From the IMG/VR virus record IMGVR_UViG_3300042862_000066, positions 1 through 64,000 of that record: DNA of 64,000 nucleotides; one strand, 5' to 3'. Origin of the DNA: a virus. The notes beneath the pieces were generated by a model, which was not told where the DNA came from, did not search any database, and saw only the letters and a program-made list of their open reading frames with translations. This document shows positions 45,820 to 56,900 of the stretch, piece after piece. Numbering within the stretch: position 1 is the first letter of the stretch; every line of letters begins with the position of its first letter. Both the position numbers and the translations under genes were made by a program.

Positions 45820-48729
45820 TTATAGATATGAAAGTTTACCGCCTCTTTTTAAAATATCGTTTATCTGTTCTTCTGTCAAATATACTTCATCTCCTTCCTT
45901 CATGCTATCTAACATACTTCCTCCCATTTGAGCATAGCCTGTATTGAATACAGGAATACCGCTTCCGTCTCCGATCATACGTTTACCACTATTAATTATG
46001 TCGTTACCATAGAATGACGGAGCTGTATTAAATACATTTGAAGCTTGGGACGCCTCGCTGAGTTTTCTTGCATTAGCCACTCTTTCATCTTGATTAAAAA
46101 AAGCAGTAGCAGCAGACATGTTTCGCATCATCTTATTAAAGCTAGGCTTTTTCTTTGTCTTTGATTTCTGCTTTACGTTAAATGGATTTTCAACAAACCA
46201 TATATTAGGATCATCTGACTTATCGTACTCTGTACCCTTATCTAAAACATCTATTCTTTGTTGATCGGTCATTGGGGCAGAACTTGGAAACTCTAATGGT
46301 TTTCCTGTAGTAGGGTCATAAATTATTCCATCTTCCTCTTCTTCAGCCATGTCTGTAAAACTAAACGGTCCCCCCGGTCCAAACATAGGTATCATAGTAC
46401 CACCGTGTTTTTTCTTAAGCTCCGTAGTCCCATACTTTTGCTCATTAATTGCAATAAGCCTATTAATATAATCATCCGTCTTACTAGGATCTGAATTATC
46501 AAAGGTATTCCAGTTATTAGTAGTATTGTCTACTCTTGCTGCCCAACCCGGATATCTTACACTAATGTTTCCATTTTTTCTCTCTAAGCGGCTATATGAT
46601 AATTTACGTTGATCTCCGTATGCTGAATTAAATGCTTCCGGGTCATCATTATATTGCTGAGTAATTAAAGCTTGTGTTGCAGGGTCATTCCAAAGTCTAT
46701 CTATCTCAGCTTTATTATCTCTTAAAGCAACTCTAAGATTTGCATTAGATTTTTGAATAGGTCTTCCATTTTTATCTACACCAGTCTTCTCCATTCCTAA
46801 AAACATCCCATCAGCTCCCTCAACTCCTGCGGCATACATTAAGTCTAGTCTTGGATCCATTGATGTATTAACTACAGCATCTTTTACATGCATCCTAAGA
46901 GCCGTCGGAAGTTTAGAAGTTTGATCTAAGATCTTTTGTTTTTCTTTTGCTTCTTCTGCAGTAACGGTCTTACTTGGAGTAGTAAACGCATCTCCTTTTT
47001 TTATATTAGCAAAGTAATCGTTTATAGTAGCATTCGTGTAACTAGGTAGTCCTGCAGGCTTATAGTTTCTCCAGTCATTAGGATCAGTTGAAGAAGTAGT
47101 ACTCTTATTATTCCCTTTAGCTGCTGATGCAGTTGCTGCGGCGCTTGCTGCAGTAGTAGATACAACAGCATTTAATGTTGGATCCCAAGTGTATCCTGGA
47201 GGTAATTGATTTCCTGAAGGATCTACATTAGGTTGTGGCTGCGGTTGTGATTGTGATTGTGATAACACAGTTGTTGGATTAGGTCCTACGTTAGCCGCAC
47301 CTGGTACACCTGGTACATTAGGATATTCAGGAGATCCAGGGATATACTGAGATTGGAAAGGAGCTTCTTGCGAATCTGTACGCCTAGGTCCGGATTGATC
47401 TATTTCCATATTACCTGGAAAATCTTGCCATCCTCCACTAGGTGGAAAATAGTCTGTATCTTGGCCAGGACGGAATGTATAGTCTTCTGCCGCTTTAACA
47501 CCTGGACTAACTATTCTTGGATCGTTAGGATCCGGTTGAGGCCCAGTAGTTTTATTTTGTGTAGTTGATCCAGGAACTGTTGTTGATCCAGGAACTGTTG
47601 TTGATCCTGGAGCAGTCCCATTATTATTGCTAGCATACGGATCACCAGATAGTTTACCGTACTGCCATGTAGTAATATTTCTCTTGAAAGGACCCCAACC
47701 TTTTTCTTCAATAATAGGTGGACCTAATAATTTAGTATCTAGGTAAGTACCTTTTTGCATAGCTTGAGCAAAGTCTTTTGTAAGTCTATTACGATTTCTG
47801 TAATCGAATCTAGTACCTTCCTCTTTCTTTGCTTCAGCAGCTTCGAACATACGGCCATCAGGCCCAATAGCATAAAGCTTACCGTTGATCATCTGTGTTC
47901 TAAAACCGTCTTTCTTATCTTCTTTATTAACACCAGTTCCTGTATTATTAGCAGTAGCATTAGCATATGCTTCTTTAGCCTCTTTTGATTTAGTAGGATC
48001 TCCGTTTAACAACATATCTGGGCCACCACCAATAGTAGTAGTGCTTGGGTTCTCATCCCCTACATATTTGTCTAGTCCTCCGCCATAGCCCATCTCTCCG
48101 TAAGTGTAGTTCTCATAGACCGGATTCTTCTGTTTAAATATATCGGCCATGCCCGTTCTGAACTTACTCTTGATATCAGTATAGGTATCAGGAATACCAT
48201 TCTTTTTATTATAGGCAGCTTCACGATCAATTAAAGATGTTCTTTGACCAAAGTCTTTAAATGCATTTTTTACGTCTCCTATTTTATTCTTAGCAAACAT
48301 TTCTAAGTTGCCGGCATCATAAAGACTACTTCCGTAATCAGGACGTTGGTTAACATTCATACCGTATCCGGCCTGAACCATTTCCTCATCTGTATATTCT
48401 CTCTCCTCGTTCTCTCCCTGTGATTCTCTCATTACCTCTTTTAACAGATTCTTCTGAGCAGTTTCCTGAATGGTCTTAATAAAAGTGTTAACCCTATTAG
48501 TATAGAAACTTTGGTCGCCTTCATCCATATCTGTGTCACCACCTTCTGCTAGGATTGGATATTTACCTCCATAATAATGTTCAAACTCCTGCATAGTTTT
48601 CATATCAACACCGTTTAAATCTGCACCGGTTTGATATTCAGGAAGTTGACCAGGCATAGCTTGGGTATAACCTACAGGGCCACCGCCATTGAATCGAAGA
48701 AAAAGTCTAGATAATTTTTCGTTTTTCAT
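45820..48729 (-). CDS. putative internal virion protein, 969 aa, low-complexity with many GG motifs
   Basis: Cys-free, Pro/Gln/Thr-rich, repeated xxxGG motifs. Confidence 0.6.
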   Translation of the reverse strand: MKNEKLSRLFLRFNGGGPVGYTQAMPGQLPEYQTGADLNGVDMKTMQEFEHYYGGKYPILAEGGDTDMDEGDQSFYTNRVNTFIKTIQETAQKNLLKEVMRESQGENEEREYTDEEMVQAGYGMNVNQRPDYGSSLYDAGNLEMFAKNKIGDVKNAFKDFGQRTSLIDREAAYNKKNGIPDTYTDIKSKFRTGMADIFKQKNPVYENYTYGEMGYGGGLDKYVGDENPSTTTIGGGPDMLLNGDPTKSKEAKEAYANATANNTGTGVNKEDKKDGFRTQMINGKLYAIGPDGRMFEAAEAKKEEGTRFDYRNRNRLTKDFAQAMQKGTYLDTKLLGPPIIEEKGWGPFKRNITTWQYGKLSGDPYASNNNGTAPGSTTVPGSTTVPGSTTQNKTTGPQPDPNDPRIVSPGVKAAEDYTFRPGQDTDYFPPSGGWQDFPGNMEIDQSGPRRTDSQEAPFQSQYIPGSPEYPNVPGVPGAANVGPNPTTVLSQSQSQPQPQPNVDPSGNQLPPGYTWDPTLNAVVSTTAASAAATASAAKGNNKSTTSSTDPNDWRNYKPAGLPSYTNATINDYFANIKKGDAFTTPSKTVTAEEAKEKQKILDQTSKLPTALRMHVKDAVVNTSMDPRLDLMYAAGVEGADGMFLGMEKTGVDKNGRPIQKSNANLRVALRDNKAEIDRLWNDPATQALITQQYNDDPEAFNSAYGDQRKLSYSRLERKNGNISVRYPGWAARVDNTTNNWNTFDNSDPSKTDDYINRLIAINEQKYGTTELKKKHGGTMIPMFGPGGPFSFTDMAEEEEDGIIYDPTTGKPLEFPSSAPMTDQQRIDVLDKGTEYDKSDDPNIWFVENPFNVKQKSKTKKKPSFNKMMRNMSAATAFFNQDERVANARKLSEASQASNVFNTAPSFYGNDIINSGKRMIGDGSGIPVFNTGYAQMGGSMLDSMKEGDEVYLTEEQINDILKRGGKLSYL
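47564..47610 (-). repeat. 18-bp coding tandem repeat (PGSTTV x ~2.6)
   Basis: GTTGATCCAGGAACTGTT unit repeated on the + strand. Confidence 0.9.
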
Positions 48730-48769
48730 AAGCTGCTAAGATAAGCATTATATTATAAGATACTGATTT

Positions 48770-50116
48770 TTACTTGTTTTTCCAATTGTTAGGTAGCGAG
48801 TCTATCTTTACTCGCTTTAAGGATCCTCCATATTTTTCTTGCATTAAACCTAACCTTTTTATTTGATCATAAAACTTACTGTAAGATCCAGGATCGGTCA
48901 TTGTCTTAAATCTTTCTCCAGTAAGTTCATATCTATCTGTTGCCCCTTGTGGTCCAACATATTGACCCGAAACTATCATTGGTATATCTACATCTCCTTC
49001 ATCATAACCTACAGTAGCTTTATATTCTGTAGCTCCTGTGCCCATACCTAAGTTAGGTCTTCTAGGATCAGGTAGTATTTCACCAGTCCTAGGATTTCTT
49101 GGTTGATTATACTCAGGTAAGGTATATATATTTTGTTCTTTAAGCGGTAATCCAAATGGCATATCCCCGCCTTCTTGTTTCTTTGGTTTTAAGCCAATTG
49201 CTCCTGTAAATGTATTATAAGCAGATTTAGCAAAACCCTGAGAGTCTTCTGCAGCAGCTGTGTTATATGCATTTGTACCAATACCGTAATATTTTCCAAT
49301 TTGCTTAGCGCCTGTCTGCCAAGGCCCAAAACCAGAAAATGTTTTAATTCCGGTTGATGCAATATTTCCTAAACCCGCAGCCAACTGATCTGTGTTCCCT
49401 GTTCTATTATAGTCTTTAAAACTTTTAATTGTTTCAGGAACAACTTTATTTCCAAAATCATAAGCGCCTTTTGCTCTTAGTGCTCCAGACACTTCCGGTA
49501 TTGCTTCAAAAGCTGCACTAGTTTCTCCAAGAGTAGTAGCAGCTGCCCCTAATGATGAAAGAGCTACAGGGGCCATAAAGGCCGCTTCAAAAATAGGAAC
49601 ACTAGGAAGACCTGCAGGATCCATATCTGACACGCTTCTGTTCTTGTAGTATTCTATCTCCTGCCTGTTTTTTTCTTCTCTTTGCGCTTTAAGTGCAGCG
49701 TTCTCATTTGCAATACCAGCGTTTACTTTTGTAGGACCTACGCTTGATTTCTCATAAGCAGGATTGGGTTGTCCTGCTGTAGCCCTTTGTTGTCTTACTT
49801 CCTGGGGTACAGATACGGGAGCATTAGGTTTACTAGCTGCAATATTTCTTTGAACATTCTGTAGCTGTGGGGCTGCTAGTTGTGGGCCTTGCGGTATAGA
49901 AGCGTCAGGTTGGTATCCAAAACCAGGTCTTGGATTTTTTCCCCAGTTTGATTTTTGGTAATCAGCAACAGAGTTCCATCCCATAGCTTGGGCTCTTTTA
50001 TTAAGCTCAAGGTTTTCTGCATAACTTTTACTAGTATCATAGCTAGTATCAAAATTTTGATTAAGCCCGTACTGTGCTTTAGGTAAAGATAATATCTTAA
50101 CTTTTTTATAAGCCAT
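48770..50116 (-). CDS. putative internal virion protein with GG tags
   Basis: Probable start MAYKKVKILSLPKAQYG; ends QEKYGGSLKRVKIDSLPNNWKNK; no Cys. Confidence 0.6.
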   Translation of the reverse strand: MAYKKVKILSLPKAQYGLNQNFDTSYDTSKSYAENLELNKRAQAMGWNSVADYQKSNWGKNPRPGFGYQPDASIPQGPQLAAPQLQNVQRNIAASKPNAPVSVPQEVRQQRATAGQPNPAYEKSSVGPTKVNAGIANENAALKAQREEKNRQEIEYYKNRSVSDMDPAGLPSVPIFEAAFMAPVALSSLGAAATTLGETSAAFEAIPEVSGALRAKGAYDFGNKVVPETIKSFKDYNRTGNTDQLAAGLGNIASTGIKTFSGFGPWQTGAKQIGKYYGIGTNAYNTAAAEDSQGFAKSAYNTFTGAIGLKPKKQEGGDMPFGLPLKEQNIYTLPEYNQPRNPRTGEILPDPRRPNLGMGTGATEYKATVGYDEGDVDIPMIVSGQYVGPQGATDRYELTGERFKTMTDPGSYSKFYDQIKRLGLMQEKYGGSLKRVKIDSLPNNWKNK

Positions 50117-53100
50117 ATGCCTTTGTATAATCAAACGGTATGTATCCTAGGAATGGTTTTTCATTGTAACTTACTTCTCCACCATATTTCTTTTTAGCAA
50201 CAACCGGAGCATCTGTTAATTTTTTAATACCCCACTGCGGAAGCATAATCTGACCATTAGCATCTATGTATGGAAACTTATCTTCAAATTGTAAGTTAAC
50301 TCCTGTTTTCTTTTGGAAGTTATTAAGTTTATTATTTATAAGCTTAAGTATTTCTTCATTATTTGCTCCAGCTTTACTCATATAACCATAACTATTCATG
50401 GGTTGAAAGCCTAAGAAAGCGGGCTCTAATTTTCCGGCATTATCTGGATTTTTAATAGTCTTCATTATATAGTCCATTTGTACAACATATGAATTATGAC
50501 TTGTACTTGTGGAACCTGTAATAACATCACCTGCCTTACCATTAGCTAAATAAGAGTCTAAGCTTCTTGTTACACTTTCTAGCATCTTTCGCTCATTAGT
50601 AAAATTCTTGGCAAAAAGAGCAGGGGTGGCTTGCTGATAGTTATTGGTAACAGCTTGTTCAGTAGATGGTCTATACTGAGGACTCGAATTAAGATCAACA
50701 ATTCCTTGTTTATTTCTTTTTACGGCGCCCTTAAATTGTGCTTCAGTTAATGGTGTAACAAACTCATCTCGTCGAGCTGCCCTTCTTCCAGCTCTAACTT
50801 CATCTGTAACTTTACCTAAAAACTTATCTAGAGTACCTTCTTTAGGAACCTCTCCATACTTACCAAAAACTTTTTCATATCGTGAAGCATCATTTGTTAA
50901 CTGATAACCATATTGATTAGCATTAATAAGCATATCAAATGGATTATCTGATTCATTTAACATGTGAGCAAAGCTGTCTATACGATCCTGCTCACTAAGG
51001 TAAGCGTCTCCCTGTATATTTGCCGTTATATCGTTATAGCCCTCTTTAAGTAATTTTGTATCTTTTTTAGATAAGTTAAAATCCTTAGCTACATTATCAA
51101 GTATAACATTTACATCTGGTGGGTTTGCTATACTACCCATGCTACCAGGAGCCTGACGAGTAGTAGGATTTCTTGACCATCCTGCTAGGGGTTTTGCTGG
51201 CATCGACCCGTCTAAAGCAGCAGCATGCGCCCTACGAAAAGCTTCTTCTTTTGATAGACCTTGATCAGCCATTAATTTTTCTGCTGCACGATCTATATTT
51301 AATTCCAAACTTTTTGTTTGAGCAGCATTATATCCATTTCTTGCTGCACTTATTTTAGCGGACTCATTTGCATTTTTTGGCATTTTAGTTATTGATTCAA
51401 AACCGGATGCCGTTCGTCTACCATCCATTCTGGTATAACCCCCTCTATCAAGAGCATTCCTTACTTCATATAATGCTTGCCTAGGATCGGCTCCGCTCAT
51501 AATAGCACTATCGTAAAGTGCCTGAATGTTATCATTTACTGCGGCTTTTTCACGAGATGATAATCCAATATTATTTGCATGGTCACCAAAAAAAGTTTTT
51601 ACCTCATCTAAATCGTTAAAGCTAGCAGGTATTGGCTTATTAGGCCTAACAGCATTGCCACTTGGACCACGTGTAAAATTTACACTTGATGGCATATCTT
51701 CTGGCGCCACGACACCAGTAAAGTCTCTAGGTCCTTCAGCTTGAAAACCAGCAGGTAAATCTCCACCAGCATAGTTTGGTAAAGTTTGTATTTCTTTTGA
51801 GGGTTGTTCTGCGATAGCGGCTACAGAACTGGGAGCACCATGTTGTGTTTCAAGTTGATTTAACACTAAAGCTCTATCTTGAGCATCTAAGTTTTTCCAG
51901 TTTGTTCCCTGATTAGTAAGTTCATCCGTTATTTGCTGACGAACAGTTTCAGGATAAGCTGCAAATCTTGCATCTTGTTCAGCTAAAGGTTTTAGATCAT
52001 TTAAAAATTCTGCTTTAGTTTTTGACGTATATCCAACATTAGCATTTGCATTATTTAATAACTGTCTTATTTGATCATCAGGTAGATTACTATTAAGTAC
52101 AGCATCGTACATATCCTGATACGTCCTACCTTTATAATCAAAGGCACCACCAATAGTATTTGTTGAAGCAGCTCTTGCTGTAACATTTGGATCAATATCA
52201 TTAAAGGCTTGATATCCTGGAACAGCATCCCTTGCAAAAATTCCTGCTTTTGATTCTAGAAAAGATCCTGTTTTGTTTAATAGTCCTGTAGCGGTTCTTG
52301 TTCCTATCTCAGTACCAGCTTGAATAAAAGGTTTTGCTGCCCGAACCCCTTTTATTGCTTGTTTGCCTATCCCCATTCCAACTAAGTTTAAAGGATCTAT
52401 TATAGCATTTCCAAATTCATCAAGAACAATATCTCTTCCCCCTGTGTAATCAATAGGGGATGCTCCAGAAAAACCTCTACCGCTACCTTCTGTGATCATG
52501 CCTTTAAGACCTTCTGCTGGAATAGTTACCATGCCTAAAGCGTCTAATATTCCAGCATTTTTTGCCTCTTCTTCAGATAGTTGTTCTGGAAAAAGATTAG
52601 GCACCTGAGGACGCATATCCTCAGGTAATGCCCGCATAGCTAGTCCCGCTGGTGAAAGTAAACCAGTTGTAGCAGAACTTAATAAACCTTGAGCACCTGC
52701 TGCCCATTTATTAGCAGCAACTTCTCCGCTAAACTTTTTTGATTGTTGTAATGTAGCTAATTCACCTGGACTAAAACTGGCTAACCACTCCTGTCTACTT
52801 CTATCTCCTTGAGGATTTTCTCCTAAAATCTTCATGGCAATATAATCAGTCTTAGCATTTTGGTAATTAGTTTTTCTATTATTATAACCCCAACCCTCTC
52901 CTGTATAAGGATTAGTAGCAGTTTTACCAATGCCTAATAAACTACCAAGAAACTTTTCCGTTACAGGTGAATTAGGATCTGTACCGTCTTCCCAGTTATT
53001 TGGATCAGGATTTTGAGTCATAAATTCTCTAGCATATTTAGTACCCCTGTTTGGGGCACCTACTGCATTTACCTGAGGCATTCGGTATGCTATGTTATTC

Positions 53101-53933
53101 ATAGGAAAGCTCGAAGATATGTTTCCGTTCTCCCTATTAAATTCATCAGGATTATAGTTTATATATCCTCTAAAATCTTGATTACGATTAGTATTACTAA
53201 TATCCGCTTGATAGGTATTTGATTCTGAAAACTCAGGTAAAGGCATCCATTGATTTGGTGCCCCTACCACAGGAGTCTGATACGCATAAGGTACTCCAGT
53301 AAGGGGGATCATAGGTGGATCAGTTGGTACTGTACTTGGATCAGTATCACCTTGAAAGATTCTAAGGCTACCACCGTTACGCATTTTTCTGTGGTTATCA
53401 ATAAGTCTTTGAATAACCGTAGGGTCTGTAATTTTTCCGTTCATTTTATTTAAGGGCATTTCTAATACATAATTTCCATCAAACTGGTGATCTTCTCCAG
53501 GTTGCATTCTTACAAGGCCACCGCCTTGATATCTAGATAAAAGTTGTTGATATGTTTTATCATCTGGTGCTGGTATTCTTTTTTCAAAAGTAGAACTCCC
53601 ATTTGATGTAAGTCTTTGCCAATCATCTAATGCTCTTTGTTCATTAGTTAATTCTGTAGGCCACTTAACTCCTGTACTTTTACCAGAGCTTGTATCAAAA
53701 CCTCTAGCCATTATATTCTGATTAGTCATTGGTATTTCATATACTGAATCACCAGGGAATTTATATTCTTGACCAGGCATCATCATTTGTTGATTACCCT
53801 GATCGTCTATACCAAATACAGGATAGGGCACATCCTGCATTGTTATACGTCCATTTGCATTAGGTATAATAGTTTCCTGACCCGGATATTTCCATTGTCC
53901 ATATTTAGACACAATAGGTTTCTTTTTAGTCAT
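50106..53933 (-). CDS. putative internal virion protein, 1275 aa
   Basis: N-terminal GQWKYPG...ITMQDVPYPV...MMPGQEYKFPG domain; DPLNLVG motif; GG tags; no Cys. Confidence 0.6.
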   Translation of the reverse strand: MTKKKPIVSKYGQWKYPGQETIIPNANGRITMQDVPYPVFGIDDQGNQQMMMPGQEYKFPGDSVYEIPMTNQNIMARGFDTSSGKSTGVKWPTELTNEQRALDDWQRLTSNGSSTFEKRIPAPDDKTYQQLLSRYQGGGLVRMQPGEDHQFDGNYVLEMPLNKMNGKITDPTVIQRLIDNHRKMRNGGSLRIFQGDTDPSTVPTDPPMIPLTGVPYAYQTPVVGAPNQWMPLPEFSESNTYQADISNTNRNQDFRGYINYNPDEFNRENGNISSSFPMNNIAYRMPQVNAVGAPNRGTKYAREFMTQNPDPNNWEDGTDPNSPVTEKFLGSLLGIGKTATNPYTGEGWGYNNRKTNYQNAKTDYIAMKILGENPQGDRSRQEWLASFSPGELATLQQSKKFSGEVAANKWAAGAQGLLSSATTGLLSPAGLAMRALPEDMRPQVPNLFPEQLSEEEAKNAGILDALGMVTIPAEGLKGMITEGSGRGFSGASPIDYTGGRDIVLDEFGNAIIDPLNLVGMGIGKQAIKGVRAAKPFIQAGTEIGTRTATGLLNKTGSFLESKAGIFARDAVPGYQAFNDIDPNVTARAASTNTIGGAFDYKGRTYQDMYDAVLNSNLPDDQIRQLLNNANANVGYTSKTKAEFLNDLKPLAEQDARFAAYPETVRQQITDELTNQGTNWKNLDAQDRALVLNQLETQHGAPSSVAAIAEQPSKEIQTLPNYAGGDLPAGFQAEGPRDFTGVVAPEDMPSSVNFTRGPSGNAVRPNKPIPASFNDLDEVKTFFGDHANNIGLSSREKAAVNDNIQALYDSAIMSGADPRQALYEVRNALDRGGYTRMDGRRTASGFESITKMPKNANESAKISAARNGYNAAQTKSLELNIDRAAEKLMADQGLSKEEAFRRAHAAALDGSMPAKPLAGWSRNPTTRQAPGSMGSIANPPDVNVILDNVAKDFNLSKKDTKLLKEGYNDITANIQGDAYLSEQDRIDSFAHMLNESDNPFDMLINANQYGYQLTNDASRYEKVFGKYGEVPKEGTLDKFLGKVTDEVRAGRRAARRDEFVTPLTEAQFKGAVKRNKQGIVDLNSSPQYRPSTEQAVTNNYQQATPALFAKNFTNERKMLESVTRSLDSYLANGKAGDVITGSTSTSHNSYVVQMDYIMKTIKNPDNAGKLEPAFLGFQPMNSYGYMSKAGANNEEILKLINNKLNNFQKKTGVNLQFEDKFPYIDANGQIMLPQWGIKKLTDAPVVAKKKYGGEVSYNEKPFLGYIPFDYTKAYGL

Positions 53934-56900
53934 TATCTTGGTGAGCTAAGCAATTTATTATTAACCACTTTAAGAAGCATCTTTACATTATCGGATACAG
54001 TTCTTATTAACACAATGTGGTTAGCATAGTGTCTGAACTTCTTCCGTTCGAAAGGAGACTTATTTAAGTTAATGTTGTTAGTATTTAATGTACGAATATA
54101 ACCGTTAAGTTCTGTATTCCAAACAGGTTGCTGTACTAAAATTCCTCCAGTTTGAAATTCTCCACGATCTCTTGTGAAGTCCCAGAACTGATTGAATCTA
54201 TACTTCTGCTCTTCTTTAGAATAAAGGATATTAATAATTCCTGTTAAAGTATCTATCTGAGGATAGTTTACGATTACTGGTGCATTGTTTTTTGGACTAA
54301 GATTTAATCTTAGGTTACCGGAAACCTGCTCATTATTATACACGATTGCTTTATCGAAGTTATAATCTAATACTTCATAACGATCTATACCGTCTTGGTC
54401 ATATACGTAGCATTCTAATAGATACTCTATACTTCTTGTAGTTGTTACGGCTTGGCCAGTAGCTGAGATATAATCTATCTCAAATGGATAATCTGCGCCG
54501 TAGTAGTTACAGAACTTAGAAGTGTTATTATAGTGCTTCCATATCTTACCAATTCCGTTATCAGTCTTAGTAGTAAGGAATCCTTTGATATTAGAGATAC
54601 CTAATTCAGGATGCCAGTCGTGGAAAGATAACCAAGCTTTAATTTTAGGATCAAAGCTGATTGTCCAAGATAGGTTATCAAAGTATATGGGATCACCTAA
54701 TTCTATTCTAGCATTATCAAAATAGAATAGCTGATCTTTTGGAGAATAAATTACGCTATTTAACAAATGATCTTTAACCTTGTAATCAGTTTTAGAAAAA
54801 TAAAGAATCTGATTTTCGTTATCAAAAGTTGCCTGACAACCAATACCTACTACAGGGTTTCCTACAAGGTGATAAGTAGGGAATTGTTCTAGTAAGAAAT
54901 AAGTTAGGTATTTAGAAAACCACCACTTCATTCCTAAATCGGAGATCGGTTGCATTCCCTCGGATACTGTAAAGATCTTACCTTGTGAAGAGCTCATCCA
55001 GAATACCCCAGCTGGAGTATTGATTATGGATAGTCTATCTTGGCAAGAACCGTGTTGGAATTCTACATCAGCATTACTTAATGTTTGCAACGGCTGACTA
55101 AATAATCCCCCATCTCCAATAGTAATCTTTGTGCCTGATGTAGTCTGAAGAGTATCAACAGCATTAAACATTAACGGGCTATTCTTTTCTAAAAGGATAA
55201 TTGCACCATTTCGGTTAATAGATTTAAATGCCGTTACTCTACTATCGAAGTCATAATAATTGTTTATCAGGAATATTCTCCAGTAATCTTTTTTATCCTC
55301 AGCACTTGATTGTAGAGAATATATGACTCTAAATGGAAAATATTTATAGCAGCTTTCAGCAGTAAAGGGATCATACGACATGCCTTGCGCTGTTCCAAAA
55401 GATATGTAATTATTCATTGTACGAGATACCCCTAGAGAAATATCGTACTTATAATAGTTTCCGTTCTTAATAATATTCGTATCAAACAATGCTTCGGTAT
55501 CCGTGTAACCATAAGGATCGTAGATCTGTTCTTCCGGTCTATCTCCGTAATCTCTATAGTCAGCATTATATTCAGATTCAACAAAGAAGTCTCTAATACC
55601 AGATTGGAATAAATACATGTACGCACTCCTTACGCCTAATCTAAATCTACCATGTCCTTGAGAGTATCCTGTAGTATAAAAACCAGTTCCTATATTACCA
55701 CCATCTAAATTATAGAAAGCATATGCTCCGATTTTAGTCTGTGTTTGGGACGCATTAACGTTTCCTGGATTAGTAATAGTAATTTGAGAAAATGCAGCAC
55801 CAACTTGTTGGATAAAATCATCGGCTGAGAAACTTTGGAAGTTAGCCCAAAAGCGAGGATAGGTTACCATATACTTTAGAGTATAGTTTATCTCAACCCC
55901 GTCTGGTACATTATATAACCAGTCATAAAAATAAAAGAATGTGTTCTTCTCAGTATATCTGCTAATGTAAGTATCTCCACCAAATATGTCAGGGGTACTT
56001 TGAACAACAACTTGTCCAGCAAGAGATTGCGGAAGAGGCGTTTCACCAAAAAGACCGGATCTAATTAAATGAGAACATCCTGTAGTAATCTGATTGGTCG
56101 ATGCTATCTGACCATACTGGTTTCTAAATCTAACTTTTAAAGCTCCGTGATACGCAGCGCCTGTAGCATAAAACTTACCAGCACTAGGATTATCATTAGT
56201 AATACCTTTATTAACTACACCTGTCTGTGCAAGCTGTACAGATCCAATTGTTTGAACAGATCTATCTACAACTGCTGCGACATTAAGCATTGTTCGACTA
56301 GTGTGAATAGCAACACATCGTGATCTATAGAGATTATTAACACGTTTATCTCCAAGTATTTGAAACTGATTATCTAGATAAGTACTTTGTACTATTCGAC
56401 GACGCGTATTCCCTAGAAGGATTCCGCCCTTTTGAAATTTAAATAGTTTTATCTCAGAACGAGATCGCATAACGTATTCTCTAAAAGGTACAATAGCTCT
56501 AATTAATTCTATAGCTTGTTCTGTTCCTTGTGCCCAGTAGTAACCAAATGCTAAGAATCCACCAGCTGCTTTAAATCCATTAGGAGTATATCTATAATCA
56601 GATAATTCAGTACTGTTATCATACCTAGATCCTGTTCCTCCTACAACACCACTTAAAGTTACGTTTATACCTCCCCACGCCAAAGCTAATGTTGCTAATG
56701 CAGCATCCTGACCACTTACCGCAATACCAGCGTTATTAAATACGCTAGATAGAGCTTGGCTATAAGTAGCAGCTGCAGTAGCTGCTAAAGCACCATTTAT
56801 ACTAGAAGAAACAACGGTAGTCGCACCCGTACCATTTATCCCTGAGTTTTGTGCACCAGGGCTAACTGAAGTGCGAATATCTCTACCTCTCATTGCTCTA

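Noticed and set aside
47231-47263. TTGTGA/TTGTGG microsatellite as a phase-variation tract
   Set aside because: The 6-bp in-frame units encode an SQSQSQPQPQP linker; copy change would not shift the frame.
17832-55626. Many short opposite-strand or alternative-frame ORFs in the track (e.g. 33927..34523, 38538..39113)
   Set aside because: They lie within long genes and have the composition of antisense shadow ORFs.
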